Notes: generated by a model not told the origin, from the sequence alone. DNA of 62,280 nt, filler included, from Choristocarpus tenellus KU-1152 (GCA_964200185.2; 12 parts of 12 records of this genome joined end to end with filler, not necessarily neighbours in it); one strand, 5' to 3'; counted from the whole stretch's first letter, positions 40,971-53,229 are shown. Numbers and translations are program-made.

Positions 40971-41149
40971 TTGTTGTGCAGTAACAGATACTATCTGTGC
41001 CAAACAGGACTTGGCTGTCCCTTTCTTGCAGTAACCCCTAGCCCCTCTTCCCCCTACTACTGCCTGGGTGATCAGCTTATCCAGGAATCTAACTCTCTGC
41101 TTGAATACCAAGGCGCGCTAAACTTTCCACCAGGAAGGTATTACGGTTA

Positions 41150-41320
41150 ATATCTCGAGCATCAAAAGATCCCTCGTAGTGGGTTCTAGGTTGCAGCAGC
41201 AGGTATATTGTTGATGGTGGATGAATGTTGTGAGTGACATCCTCTTGGACCTCTGTGAAAGCAATATCCGGCTTTTTCCTGATAGAGAGGTGAGCGAGCG
41301 TCTGACAGTGCCCCAGTATG
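41150..41320 (-). mobile_element. Possible decayed Copia reverse transcriptase fragment
   Basis: LAHLSIRKKPDIAFT resembles the Copia motif LxYLxxxTRPDIAFAV. Confidence 0.3.
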
Positions 41321-41606
41321 GAACACCACATTCGTGCGGAAGTTATGGTCCACTATAAACGGGCTTTTTTGGGATTATTAGGAGTGACACGAATTTGGAG
41401 GTGGGAGTGTGCTTGTACGTATTACTGTATTTTACGTATTGTTGTATTCACGTATTGTTGTATTGTAGGATGTATGACTAAGTTTTTGAAAGTTTTGGGT
41501 GATCCACCTTACATGTGTCAATGTATGGAGTAATCACACCCTTGTTACACCCTCCCCAACTCCACCTTTAAGATAGGCTCCAGGTCCAAGGTGCGATTTT
41601 GTAGTT

Positions 41607-42997
41607 ATGCGTAATCTTCTTTTGTTCGCTTCGCTTATTGGCGCCTCAGGCTTTGTTCCTAAGACCAATCCATGTTTGACGGGGCGTATACAAGTGCGAC
41701 CTACAATCGGAGTCCAAGGAACCTTCCCAGACTTTATGCCCGAGGCCATATTGGATATCCAAGAAGATGTGGCAATCGAAATGGCCAAGGCATATCAAGA
41801 AAGCCCTGTGACCGTGGAGACTTCACTCTGTGCTACTCCGATTGCAACCAAATTCGTGAGGACGGCACCAGACGTGAAGGTGGCTGAGGGGCCGATCCTT
41901 CTGCTGCATGGATTCGATTCGTCTGCAATGGTCAGTGCGCTCCACCCGAGAGGTGATAAATCTACGTATGTGCTCCGCCAGAAACGGATGCGCTATTTGT
42001 GCATGTGCGTAAAATGGGCCGAAAGGATGATGACCTAACTCCTCTCCCTACTTAATGAAGGAGTGGCGACGACTGATGCCAATGCTGGGCGCCATGGGGG
42101 CAGAGGTGTACGCCATGGATGTACTTGGTTGGGGGTTCACACAACTTGAGGGGGTCACCAGTTTTGGGCCAGGTAGGTCTAGAGCGTCAGCTCTTCATAT
42201 AGAAGCTGATTCAATCGACTCTAACATGTGTGATGCAACGCAACGTGGGTGAATATTTGCCATCTACCATTCATCCCGTCGTTCGTAACAGAAGTTTGCT
42301 AGGCTTCTGAAACGAACAAGATTTTAAACATTGGCCTTCGGGTTGAAGAATCCTATGAAGCGATCTTACTCGTGGTACGCTCTGCCTTAATTTTTTATCC
42401 CGTTAAAGAATGGGACTGTACCGTGAGACTTGACTATAGTTTGCACATTTGCACGGGGCTACGATTCGATGTACCCAGTGATATCTCCCTGGGTCCCAGG
42501 GCATTTACCACAGCCTCACAACTTGCTTTGCGATTTTAGGTCGTACACTCTAACTGGACCACTGTTCCACATATCTAGTGATATCTCCCTGGTTCTCAGG
42601 GAAATTTTACCTGCGTCTCACAATTAGCTTTCCTTAGTGTAGAAGATATATCTTGTAACGTTGGGCTGCATCATGGCTCGAGTTGAAAAAGTTGTTCAAC
42701 ACTCAAGGTGCTTTTTCGGAAGCTGGCTGTGACGCCTACTCTTCTGCGCGATCACGAACAGATGCTAAACGGTTGCACCTGAAGGGTTTTTGGGATCAGG
42801 TTGTTGGAGGTCGCCCAATGACTCTTGTTGGTGCTAGCCTGGGAGGTGCTATTGCTCTGGACTTCGCTCATACATTTCCTTTAGCAGTGGAGAAACTTGT
42901 GCTTATAGATGCTCAAGGCTTCATTGATGGATCTGGTCCAGGTGCCTCTCTACCGGCCCCGCTGGCACGAATTGGCATCAACATTCTAAGAAGTAAG
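41607..42997 (+). CDS. Plastid-targeted alpha/beta hydrolase (VTE7/At5g39220-like family), 3' truncated
   Basis: Exons 41607-41930, 42061-42172 and 42762-42997. Signal peptide MRNLLLFASLIGASG-FVP; motifs LLHGFDSSxxEWRRL, DVLGWGF, GASLGG (nucleophile elbow) and KLVLIDAQG. Confidence 0.9.
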
Positions 42998-43330
42998 GTG
43001 AAACTGTGTATAGATAGATCAAGTGACTTGGAGGTGTCTCTACATGCTCTTCATATGTGTTGTTGTATAGTATAGTTGATAGTTGTGCCCAATACACGCT
43101 ATACACTGCATTGGACTAAAAACAGGTCATTGAAGACTCTTGTTGTGTCAAATACCTCTTGGCTCAAACCATGTTTTGAACCCCTCTTGTGACTAATCTG
43201 AAGGAAGGCATTTCCCAGAGTGCCCTAACCTTCGTGCAACTCTACTTTCAATCAATGGGGGGGGGGGGGGGGGGGGCACTGACGTCAGGCGATGCGGGGG
43301 GGGGGGGGCGGCGCGGCTTTGGAGTGCTGT

Positions 43331-43430
43331 NNNNNNNNNNNNNNNNNNNNNNNNNNNNNNNNNNNNNNNNNNNNTTAATTAATTAANNNNNNNNNNNNNN
43401 NNNNNNNNNNNNNNNNNNNNNNNNNNNNNN
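43331..43430. other. Artificial contig linker
   Basis: 44N-TTAATTAATTAA-44N. Confidence 0.98.
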
Positions 43431-43556
43431 GAAACATGTCACAAATTTCATGCCGCCCCCTGACCCCCCCAGCCCCCCAGCCTCCCCCCGCTCCATCTAT
43501 GCACCACTATATCTCCCTTGTACGCCACTAAGAAAACTGAGCATCCCCCCTTTCAC

Positions 43557-44782
43557 CTGTACCCTTCAGTGTCAAAGCGGGGCAAATCCATCCTCCTCAG
43601 CAATTCCAGCTGCCCTGACACCAGGTGTAGATCATACACATCCTCTGGAGCCAGCGGTGACGATACAGAGAACCGCACTGTTGGGGAATCCAACGAGTCA
43701 TTCACCCCGGGTCTGAGAGTCCCTATCCCAACATCAACCCTGCGTTCACCTCTTCTTGCCACCCTGGGGCCAGTTTCAATGACAGGCTCGTCAGCCTGGT
43801 TCAAACTTGTGTGGTCTCCTGGCCCCCGGCAGTCCCTCCCACCCATGCCTACGTTTTCGTCACTGAGGCTTTCGACATCCAGGCCCGCACTCTTGTCCTC
43901 ATTGGTGTCATCACCACCATCATCGCGTTTATGCTGGTCCACGAGGTTCCCACTCTGCTTGGCCCCAGGCGTGGGAATGGGAAGACAGTAGGCCAAACCT
44001 GGGTTGCCAAGGGGCACCACCCTCAGTCTTGGTTGCACCCCCTGAGACCCAGAGCACTCGTAGAGAACACAATGGTTCCGGAAAAGGTCCATGTCATCAA
44101 TGGTGCCGTCATCGTCTCTGCAGGCACCACCACCACCTCTGCCGGACTTAAGAACGACTTCCCAGGGAGCTTCCCTTAAACCGTCCAAGGATGGCCCCTT
44201 CCCTGCCTGGTTGAGGCGGACCAAGTGATACTCTCTGATCTCCTCCAATGGCATTGCCATCACACCAGAAGCAGCACCCATCCCTACCTCTGGCATCCCT
44301 TCCCCCTGGTCCTCACCGTGGGGGGAGTTGGTCACAATATAAAATGCATCTCCTGAGTGATCCACATAGTACTCTACCCCAGCCTGACGCTGCCGTAGTA
44401 GAACCGGTAGGCCTTCTGTTCCCATACGGGTCATGTCCTTGTGCTCTCCCCGCCCGCCCCCTACGCTGTCATCCTCTCCATCTGCACCTTCATCATTCCC
44501 AACCACACTCCCTGTCCTATCCGACGGCACCAACAACACCTCAGAGGATGTCTTGGAGTGCACATTCAAGACAACAAAGGAATGATCCTTGGTCCTGCCC
44601 ACATCCACAAAGTATGCATCGCCTAGTTCTGAGAAGACAACTCGATCAGAATCACCATCGACATTCCATCCTGGGATGGGGTCAGGGCCAGGGTCAGCAT
44701 GTGAGGAGGAGGCGTTTGCGGTGCTTTCGCCGTCGCTGTCGCCGTCTCTCCTTGTCTGCCACTGCAGAGAAACACGACGAAC
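43557..44782 (-). CDS. Oligopeptidase B-like S9A prolyl oligopeptidase, beta-propeller exon
   Basis: One long AG/GT-bounded exon with YFVDVGRTKD..SKTSSEV, RQAGVEYYVDH..FYIVTN, IDDMDLF and VRFSVSSPLAPEDVYD, typical of the protease II/oligopeptidase B N-terminal propeller. Confidence 0.85.
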
Positions 44783-45946
44783 CTGTCCTTTCCAAGCAAA
44801 GTATATAGAGTGATCCGCGATCGGGGAAGTGGAAGGGGTTACTCCTATGTGGGTACAAAGGGGGTTAGGGTTAGGTCAAGGGAACGGTGGTACATAGTAG
44901 GGGAGAAGGAGGAAAGTAAAAAAGTTGGGAGGTGGGAGGGAGAGGGGGGGGCAGGGCAGTGTCCAGGAACGCAAAAATATGTGCATGAAGTGCACAAATT
45001 AGTCTGTCGATCCTTGTATACTGGTATTGTACATGGGGAGGGGCACACATGCACATGCACAGGGGGAGGGGGAGGGGGAGTAAAATAGAAACAAATGAAA
45101 TTCTTCCAATTTAAGATGCGAATGAATGTTCAAGGTCATGATCATCAGACTCCTCATGGAAAACATTCCAGGTAGGACCTTCCAAGAGTTTCAATTTGTT
45201 AAGCGCAGCTAGCTCTATAGCATTGCTAAACAAAATGACTGTGACTATACTATCCCTGTGTATCCCTCACAACCAAAAGGCTGTCCAACATATAGAACAT
45301 TGACATTGATTCTATGCAGGGATATGCGGGCTGGCTATAGTCAGGAATATTGGTCTTAAACCTTGCTACCAATACTGGTAATTTCCCAGTGGTTACTAAT
45401 AACACCTCATAACTAAAAGATACCTGGCATGCTCAGCAATCTTGTATATTCAATGGATAAAATCACTCGGTTTTAGACTGCTGCAGTACGAATTGGACCC
45501 TTGCGAGGCGTTCAACAGGTGTAGATAGAGATAGCCAGTGTTCAGAAATGTGTTAAATAAGCTCTGCAGTATTAGTACTCTGAGCAGAGAACAAGAAGTA
45601 AACCAATCCATAAAACCAGTGAAAATACTTCCGACTATTATGTCATTTATACGGAACACAGAGTACACTGCCACTAGACCAACGGAACGCCAGCAACGCA
45701 AGGAAAAGACTCACCACACCACCCAACCAAAAAAGAGAGCGTCGCATCATACTCCACTGCCAGTGTACTGTCGTCAAATCTTGCATCCACCCCTGTCGGT
45801 CAGTACCTCAACCGACTCTTAACACATTCCAACCGATAAAAAACAGCAAAAATCGGCACCGCAACAAAAGCAACAATGACGGATACGATAAACATCACAC
45901 ATACGCCCACCATTTCCTCCTCCCCCCCCCCCCCTCACCTGCCAAG

Positions 45947-46046
45947 NNNNNNNNNNNNNNNNNNNNNNNNNNNNNNNNNNNNNNNNNNNNTTAATTAATT
46001 AANNNNNNNNNNNNNNNNNNNNNNNNNNNNNNNNNNNNNNNNNNNN
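45947..46046. other. Artificial contig linker
   Basis: 44N-TTAATTAATTAA-44N. Confidence 0.98.
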
Positions 46047-47319
46047 CCCCCCAGATACTTTGACGCTCGTGAATATCCACCATTTTAAGTCGAATATGGC
46101 CAAACATCTTAGGGCAACACTAGCGCTTAGCATTACGATTTCCAAGATGGTGTGAAATATAAAATGTCATCATTCTATGCTGGGTAGCTGGGCTGCTGAG
46201 TGCTGCTGAACAGGTGCTGAGTAGGTACCCAACTTGCGGTTATTGTATGCATATCGCACACAATGTGTACCCACCGTAGCCTCACTCAAGCTGTGCGCAA
46301 TATAGCTCTTAGAAGGGAGTTTTCTGCAAAGGATGCTCCAGAGGTCGCCGCTTGCTTTGCAGAGCCAGTCGCCATCACTCTCCACAATAAGGTTTCTCGA
46401 CTGGGGATTGCTTTCGCTGGCAAAACACAATTAAGTCTGTGCTAGATAGAAACCTCCCATTATCCAGAACTGACAAGTTCTAAGCGTGTATGATACTCAA
46501 GAGTTAGTATTAAAATAGTGAGCCAACAAGTGCAGTACTGGGAAGTGCCCAATACGACAAGAACATGTCACGCGCTTGATGTGTCAACTTCAAACACCAG
46601 ACTGCCTTTCCTGGGAAGAATCCCGATTACACAGAAAGTTTCGTGGGGTAAGAAGACCAAGAGAAACATACTAGTTTCAAAAGATGTATGAGGTCAAATT
46701 TTCAACCTGAGAAACAAAAATAAACTTTCTGCGACTACATATACATACATATTCGAAGTATATTTTTTGTACGGGATACTCCCTTTCAAACATCATCCAC
46801 GAACTATTTCTAGGACCAAACTTTGCACTTGATCCCTCCCCAATACATTCCCTCGAAAGATCTTCTTCAAGACTTTTCATTCTCATGGTCAGTCACAACC
46901 ATTAAAACACACAAATGTCACCCATCAGACTTCAAAACATTTTCAACTCCTGAGAATAGGAGACAAATACAAAGAGGGTAGGATGTTGTCCTTTTGTGCT
47001 TGGAAACTCTCTTCTTGCCACAATACCCCCTGCAAGGTTGTTTCATCCAGGACGAGATAAATAAGTTACTTAGAGCTCAGCCTTTAGAGCATAAAATACA
47101 TATCCATCACATGATCCCCGATAAAATATTTGGGTGATTTGACGTTTTTGTAATAAAACAACTACTGCAAGACCCCAAGTCATATCAGGATTGTTGAAGA
47201 ACATCCACTTCAATCACCTCATTCTCTTTGCATCCCCCCCTTTTCCTCATAGACCCTCTTTTCCATCATTCTCCATCTCTCCCTCTCGTCCCTACTCCCT
47301 CCCTTCCCACAATTCTTCC

Positions 47320-49795
47320 TCATTCATATCCTCTCCATGGAACCACCCGCACATCATACTCTGCACTCTGTTGATCTGTGTGACCTCTCCCTCCTCTGCT
47401 GCATAAGGGTGCAATGGGAGGGTCCCTTGCTTCAAGTGGCTCGCTGTTGATCTGTGTGCCCTCTCCGTCCTCTGCTGCATAAGTGGGTGCAATGGGAAGG
47501 TCCCTTGCTTCAAGTGGATCTCTGTTGATCTGTGTGTCCTCTCCCTCCTCTGCTGCATGTATGGGAGCAATGGGAGGGACCCTGGCTTCAAGTGACCCTG
47601 TCACTCCTTCTAGTGAGGTAGTGCTCTCTGTCAGCTCCACTCTCTTCCCTCTGCATGTGGCTAAGGGCGAGTGAAGGTCCGGCTCAAAAGTGGTGCATGA
47701 TGCTTGGAGCTGAGCCTTGGGTTTGGAGCTGCCCAAGGTTTGAGAGATCAACTGTGGGGCAAATGTACACTCCAGATCCTGAACCTCCTCAGCAGTCTGA
47801 GATGAGATATGGATACGTATTATATATGCCAAGTGGTTGGGGACAGTGAGAATGTTAGATTCAATAAACTATTTGTGCTGTTGATCTAAGAGGATTTGAA
47901 CCCAATGACCATGTCAATAGCCGACACGTTTGCCTAACGCAACGAGTCAGGCTTGAAATTATATAACTGTGTGTCATAGTGCTCTGTACCTATAGCTCTG
48001 TACCTATAACATGTACCTACTGAGAAGGACACGATACCTACATATTATCAATTGTTATGCCTTTCTCAATCCTTGCGCTCCCAGAAATTGCTCCAGTGTG
48101 CGTAAAAAAATGCTCCAAGTATAATCGTCACCTTTAGTCACGAGTTAATCTCTTCAGAGTACTCACCAGAGCGTAGGCGGCGTGCTGATTCCATGAGTCC
48201 TCATGCAGGCACTCAAATACAGTGCCATCCCTTTCCTTGAACATAGCTCGCCCAGCCTTTGTTTTCCGAGACAGTAACTCTGGCATGAAGCTGCATTCAT
48301 CTAGAGCAGCCTGTAATATTGACAACAGAGATCAAACGGCACAAACAAGGAGATGTACATGTATTGGGACGAGGAAGATGGTGGCAACAGGCGTAAGAAG
48401 CTTTGGGTGATTGTGTAGTGTTCTACGGTTGCTCCTTGGCCAATTCTGTTCTCCAGAGGAGGATCAGGATGGCACCTAGGATGGACATAGCAAGAGTCAA
48501 GGGGTAAGCAAGGTGTCAAGGAGAGCGACTTGCCTGGCGAGCTCTTTCCCTTGCCACCTCAGCTTCATCCCTCTTAGAATAGAGTCTCTCAAAAATGTCC
48601 CCATTGCGTGCCCCGCCCTTGATTGCACTGCGGATTGTAGTATGGGGTTTCTCAGATGTTTACAATTGGATTGAGCAAAAGTAAGCAAGAGGTACCCAGG
48701 GTTGCATTATAAGGATGCTAACAAATACATGCGCAAATTTCGGCTTTTTGTACAAATTCGCGCAGGGAATATTTCCGAGTTCTGTCGAAAATTATTAAAG
48801 AATAGATAAATCAAGGCCTTCAAATCAATCATAGTACTTACTATCACCCATAGAAAAAAAAGAAGATGAGCTGCAGACCACGAAAAAAGTGACTTGAAAT
48901 GCAAAACGACCAAAAACCCTAACCCTAACCCTAACCCTAACCCTAACCCTAAACCTTTGTTCACTTCTACTCATTATAATCCACCAGAGGATTCGTGTGT
49001 GTCTTTAAATTGATAGTGGGACGAGGGAGGGGGGTCCAAGATACAAGTCAAAGAACAACCACACTTGCACAGCTGGAAAAAAAATAAGCTCGTTCCCTGG
49101 TGGAAAAAGATGAAGGAGGAACAGTGGATGGAGTCAAGGGTATCCATACCTCTTTGCCGTTGGGGACATATCCGGTTGAAAGGTGCAGAACATCGCCTCC
49201 CTGTCATCCAGTCGGTTCGCACCTGCTTCGGCAGAGTCACGCGGGGACCTGGCACGGCATACCTACAAGAAGATGTTGGGCATAATGAAGTGGTTGTAGT
49301 TTTTTTGTTTGACACTACCAACGATTGTACTTGGAGAGACTCAAAGCCGTAGAAACAGTCCATTTTTTTTGTGTTGTAGTCTGTCGCCAACTACTGAATG
49401 ACGCTCCTTCCCTGAGAATGGATTGACGTAGAGGACTACGTATCTCAAAGTCGTGAGACTACTGTGTCTTAGCCAAACGTAATGAGAGTTCTAGCCGGAG
49501 AGGGCAATCATTGTTTTTCAAATTGGGTTTGGGTCCGAACACAAACGGTCTACTGTGTTGTTCTGGGGTAGGGTAAATGCTTCCCACTAGCCCTACCAAT
49601 CTCAATACCATATGGCATAGAACCACACCTGCACACCAAACTAGAACTAGCTGAAGACCAAATGAACATATCATACTTGAGTACCTGTTTTGCCTTCCCC
49701 TCCAGGTACATGGAGTTTATGCGGTCCAGTCTCATTTCACCGTTAATCGTACTCTGATGAGACACCAATTGGGGCTGGAAAGTGCACTCGGGATC
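47320..49795 (-). CDS. CTFxP / FERLY repeat protein (putatively microtubule- or flagellum-associated), 3' portion
   Basis: Exons 49795-49685, 49262-49150, 48627-48534 (GC donor), 48310-48167 and 47796-47320 splice in frame. Repeats ECTFQPQL, FCTFQPDM, ECSFMPEL and ECTFAPQL alternate with RINSMY, IFERLY and VFECLH. Confidence 0.78.
47368..47594. repeat. Coding tandem repeat, ~3 x 76-78 bp
   Basis: Units start at 47368, 47444 and 47522 (ctgttgatctgtgtg...gcttcaagtg) and encode LEARxxPIAPxxAAEEGExTQIN. Confidence 0.9.
48915..48950. repeat. Interstitial telomere-type repeat (AACCCT)6
   Basis: Perfect hexamer array inside an intron; shorter arrays near 15250, 20765, 22581, 44865, 55660 and 56071. 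Confidence 0.9.
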
Positions 49796-49930
49796 CTGCT
49801 TTAAAGAATGTTGCATTTGGGGGGCAAATGAAAAGATTAACCGTGCCAGGGTTGGGGCATTGTTCTTCATAGATGATAAAAGAAACGCAGAAAAAGATTC
49901 TATGGAGTACCCAAGCTGGATGAGGGCAAA

Positions 49931-50199
49931 GAGTCAAAAGCATTTCAGAGGGTAGGGCCACATCCATTCAGGGTCATAAATCCAATGTTGCGATTTTGAT
50001 GAGTTTTGGCTGTCGTATTTGTTAGCAAATGTCAATACCCTTGCTCCAGACACACCTTTCATAGTCCTATACATTTTACCTATTCGGAAATCCGAAACGT
50101 TCGCACAGAAAACTGAATAGGGCATAAAAAACCCATAGGAAGTCAAGCCCCAAACGGACAAACAGGGCAAAACTCATACCCTCTTAAATGCTTTGGATT
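49931..50199 (+). mobile_element. MITE family A, diverged copy
   Basis: Homologous to 6195-6450 with eroded TIRs; flanked by AAA/AAA. Confidence 0.8.
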
Positions 50200-50693
50200 A
50201 AACATGGAATTTGGATGGCAGCACGGACATACTCTTTTGCTGAACAATATGAATAGAGCAAAATGAAAAACAAAGTCATGGGATACTTTGCTGCAGTGCA
50301 AAGCACTTCAACTTTAATGTCAATGACTACATTTCATTGCTGCTCCCTTTCTGCACACAAGTGTGGTGCCATGGTTTGAGACAGACATCCCCCTATTCTT
50401 CTCCACATCCCAACCTGACATTCGTATTCCTCGAAATTCAAATTTCCTGCCTGCCATAGGGCAACGATTCATTATCCGCTAGCAGGCACTGCTACTACGG
50501 GGTAGTAGTGTGTGGGTCAGACAGTGACAAGAGTCACTGCAACAGACTTCAAAAGACTGTCAACGATTCCGATACTGTTAAACGCATACACCTCCCACCC
50601 TTCTCCCCATCGCACTGCATTTCGAAGTCACATTACTAGTAAGTCTCAATATTACCTAGTGCACTATGAAGAGGTTTCAAGAAGTAGAGGGTT

Positions 50694-50725
<32 letters not shown>

Positions 50726-50765
50726 GGGGAGAGGGAAACGGAGGGCCGCAAAAAAAACGCTCAGT

Positions 50766-50865
50766 NNNNNNNNNNNNNNNNNNNNNNNNNNNNNNNNNNN
50801 NNNNNNNNNTTAATTAATTAANNNNNNNNNNNNNNNNNNNNNNNNNNNNNNNNNNNNNNNNNNNN
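50766..50865. other. Artificial contig linker
   Basis: 44N-TTAATTAATTAA-44N. Confidence 0.98.
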
Positions 50866-50943
50866 CATAAAAGAACCCATGGGAAGCCAAGCCCCAAATG
50901 GACAAACAGGGCAAAACTCATACCCTCTAAGATACTTTCACTC
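50866..50943 (+). mobile_element. MITE family A, partial at contig start
   Basis: Ends TACCCTCTAAGATACTTTCACTC. Confidence 0.85.
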
Positions 50944-50979
50944 AGCTGTTCAGTCCAAACCACTGCAAATTTGAATATA

Positions 50980-51450
50980 TGTTGGGACCAGCCTCACCCT
51001 CCTGCCAGCCTTATATGACCTGCTTCATCCCACTGGTCCTCCTCTTCCTTTCTTTAGTCATATTTCTTTCTCCACGTGATGAACAACACCTTCAAGTCGA
51101 TGATGAAGCGATGAAAAAATTATTTCTCTGTTCTGTTGCTCATACCAAAGAGGTGGTCCGCCAAATTCCGCTAGCTCCTTGGATTCCAAACCCGCCCACT
51201 CTGGATAAGCTTGCCCCACCAAAATATCTACGCCACCTATCTTCCACCAACCTTCGTTGGTCTTATGCAGTCGACCCTTCTTTACCTTCCCAAACACATT
51301 CCTGCGGAACATGATCTTGTAACACCCGACATTTCTTGTTCTTGAAATCATACCATCTACCAACATTTTTTCTGTCACTGCTGTCACTGCTTTCACTGAT
51401 TGAGGTACATTCAGTTATATTCTAATTCCATCACCTGCATCGCGTACCAA
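50980..51450 (-). mobile_element. Degenerate Copia integrase remnant
   Basis: Minus-strand GIRI*LNVPQS..MISRTR..VFGKV..KTN..IGG..AEFG..PVG*SRSYKA follows the order of Copia integrase motifs (PQxNG..TR..LWGE..TN..GG..FG..VGY..SKAY). Confidence 0.45.
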
Positions 51451-51819
51451 CGCATAATGGGGCATTTATCCATCCATTTGGATAGGTCAATTCCCCCTCC
51501 TTTTGCCACCACCTGCATTATAGGGTGATGTCCTTGTCAAGTCCAGGTGACTTCGATTGGTGGTGAGACTGTCTTGCCTCTGCCTGCACTTTCAACCTCA
51601 TTGCCCTCCTTGTGAGTGTAGGGTGCCTGTATTGTGGTTTTGTCAGCTGTAATTGTTTGTCTCAGCTGCCTCACTGCAAAACAGGCCTTGTATGGGATGG
51701 ATGTTGCCACTCAGTTCACCGTACATCCCATGATGTTTTGTTCACGCAGTCTGTGGACCTCGTCATTATCCTCGCCCCGACGGACCCCAGTACCACCTCA
51801 ATCAGCCAACTGTGGAATG

Positions 51820-52337
51820 GAGTGAAAGTATCTTAGAGGGTATGAGTTTTGCCCTGTTTGTCCATTTGGGACTTGACTTCCCATGGGGTTTTTGTGATAT
51901 TTTTCCAACTCCGAAATGTTCGAGTCAAAGTATCTTAGAGGGTAGAGTCGCGTCCATTTGGGGGCCTAAATCCAAAGTTACGATTTTGGTGTAATTGTAG
52001 CTATCGTGTTTGCTAGGAAGTATCAATATCCATATTCTGGACACACCATTTTATATTGCATATATTTTACCTACTCTAAATATTTTGGAGTAGGAAAATG
52101 TCATAAGGAAAACATGGGAAGCCAAGCCCCAAATGGACAAACAAGGCAAACTCGCACCCTCTAAGATACTTTCACTCTTTCGGAGTAGGTAATATGTGTA
52201 TGTTATGAAATGGTGTGTCCGGAACAAGGATACTGACACTTCCTAACAAATACGACGGATAAAATTGCATGGAAATCGCAACATTGGATTTCGGCCCCCG
52301 AATGGACGCGGCCTTACCCTCTAAGATGCTTTGACTC
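51820..52337 (-). mobile_element. MITE family A (host copy) interrupted by a second family A copy
   Basis: Outer TIRs GAGTGAAAGTATCTTAGAGGGTA / TACCCTCTAAGATGCTTTGACTC; 3-bp duplication ATG. Confidence 0.88.
51922..52177 (+). mobile_element. MITE family A nested copy
   Basis: Complete element with both TIRs, in opposite orientation to its host. Confidence 0.88.
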
Positions 52338-52969
52338 ATGGAGGGGTTGTCGAACCTCGTTTGAGTCGACATAGGTGTCCATGGTATCCCTGGTAAGTAG
52401 TGGCAAGGGTGTCTTAGTCTTCCAGGTGATTGTCTGCGACAGGTTGACCAAGGATGTGAGACATGATTCTACTCAAACCTATTCCTTCAATCTCAACATC
52501 AACGGAGGCCACGAAGCAAATCCAAAAATAATGACTTGCCCTCTAACACAAAACTCATTGTATTACCAACAATGGTTTTGTCCACGCTATCTATGGACCT
52601 CTTCGTCCTCATCCTTATAGACCCCAACACCACTTGCATCAGCTGTTCGAATAGACTCTGCCAACTGCATGGGAGATCAGTACTAGTATACATATAGAGT
52701 CAGAACACAACAATTATTTGTTGGAACTGTTCTTGTGTATTAACGGTTCGATAGAAAACGATTATGCCATTACAAGGTGCTTTGAGGTTGCTTGTCGCCT
52801 CCCTTGTTGAGATTAATCACTCTACAACATTTGCCAACGTTCCTATCTTTGCATGAGTGGGGGGATACTTATATATTGAACCCTAGGTTAATACCCGTGC
52901 TTATCATGTCTTCCCATGAAGAAGAAGCACCAGTCCGTGGTAGGGACCGAAGTGAAGCCCCTCTTGCTG

Positions 52970-53229
52970 GAGTCAAAGTATCTTAGAGGTTAAAGGTATG
53001 TCCATTTGGAGGCCAAAATCCAACGTTGCAATTTTGATATAATATTGGCTATCATGTTTGTTAGGAGATGTCAATATCCTTGTTCTGGACACACCTTTTC
53101 ATAACATACACATTTTACATACTCCAAAATTATTTTGGAGTGCGTAAAATGTCATTAAAAACCTGTGGGAGGCCAAGCCCCAATTGGACAAACAGGGCAA
53201 AACTCATACCCTCTAAGATACTTTCACTC
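52970..53229 (+). mobile_element. MITE family A, full length
   Basis: Both TIRs present; 3-bp duplication CTG. Confidence 0.9.

Noticed and set aside
43518-44808. Long plus-strand ORFs (157, 122 and 186 aa)
   Set aside because: They are antisense shadows of the oligopeptidase exon.
48915-48950. Chromosome end (telomere)
   Set aside because: Only six units, lying inside an intron in the middle of a contig.
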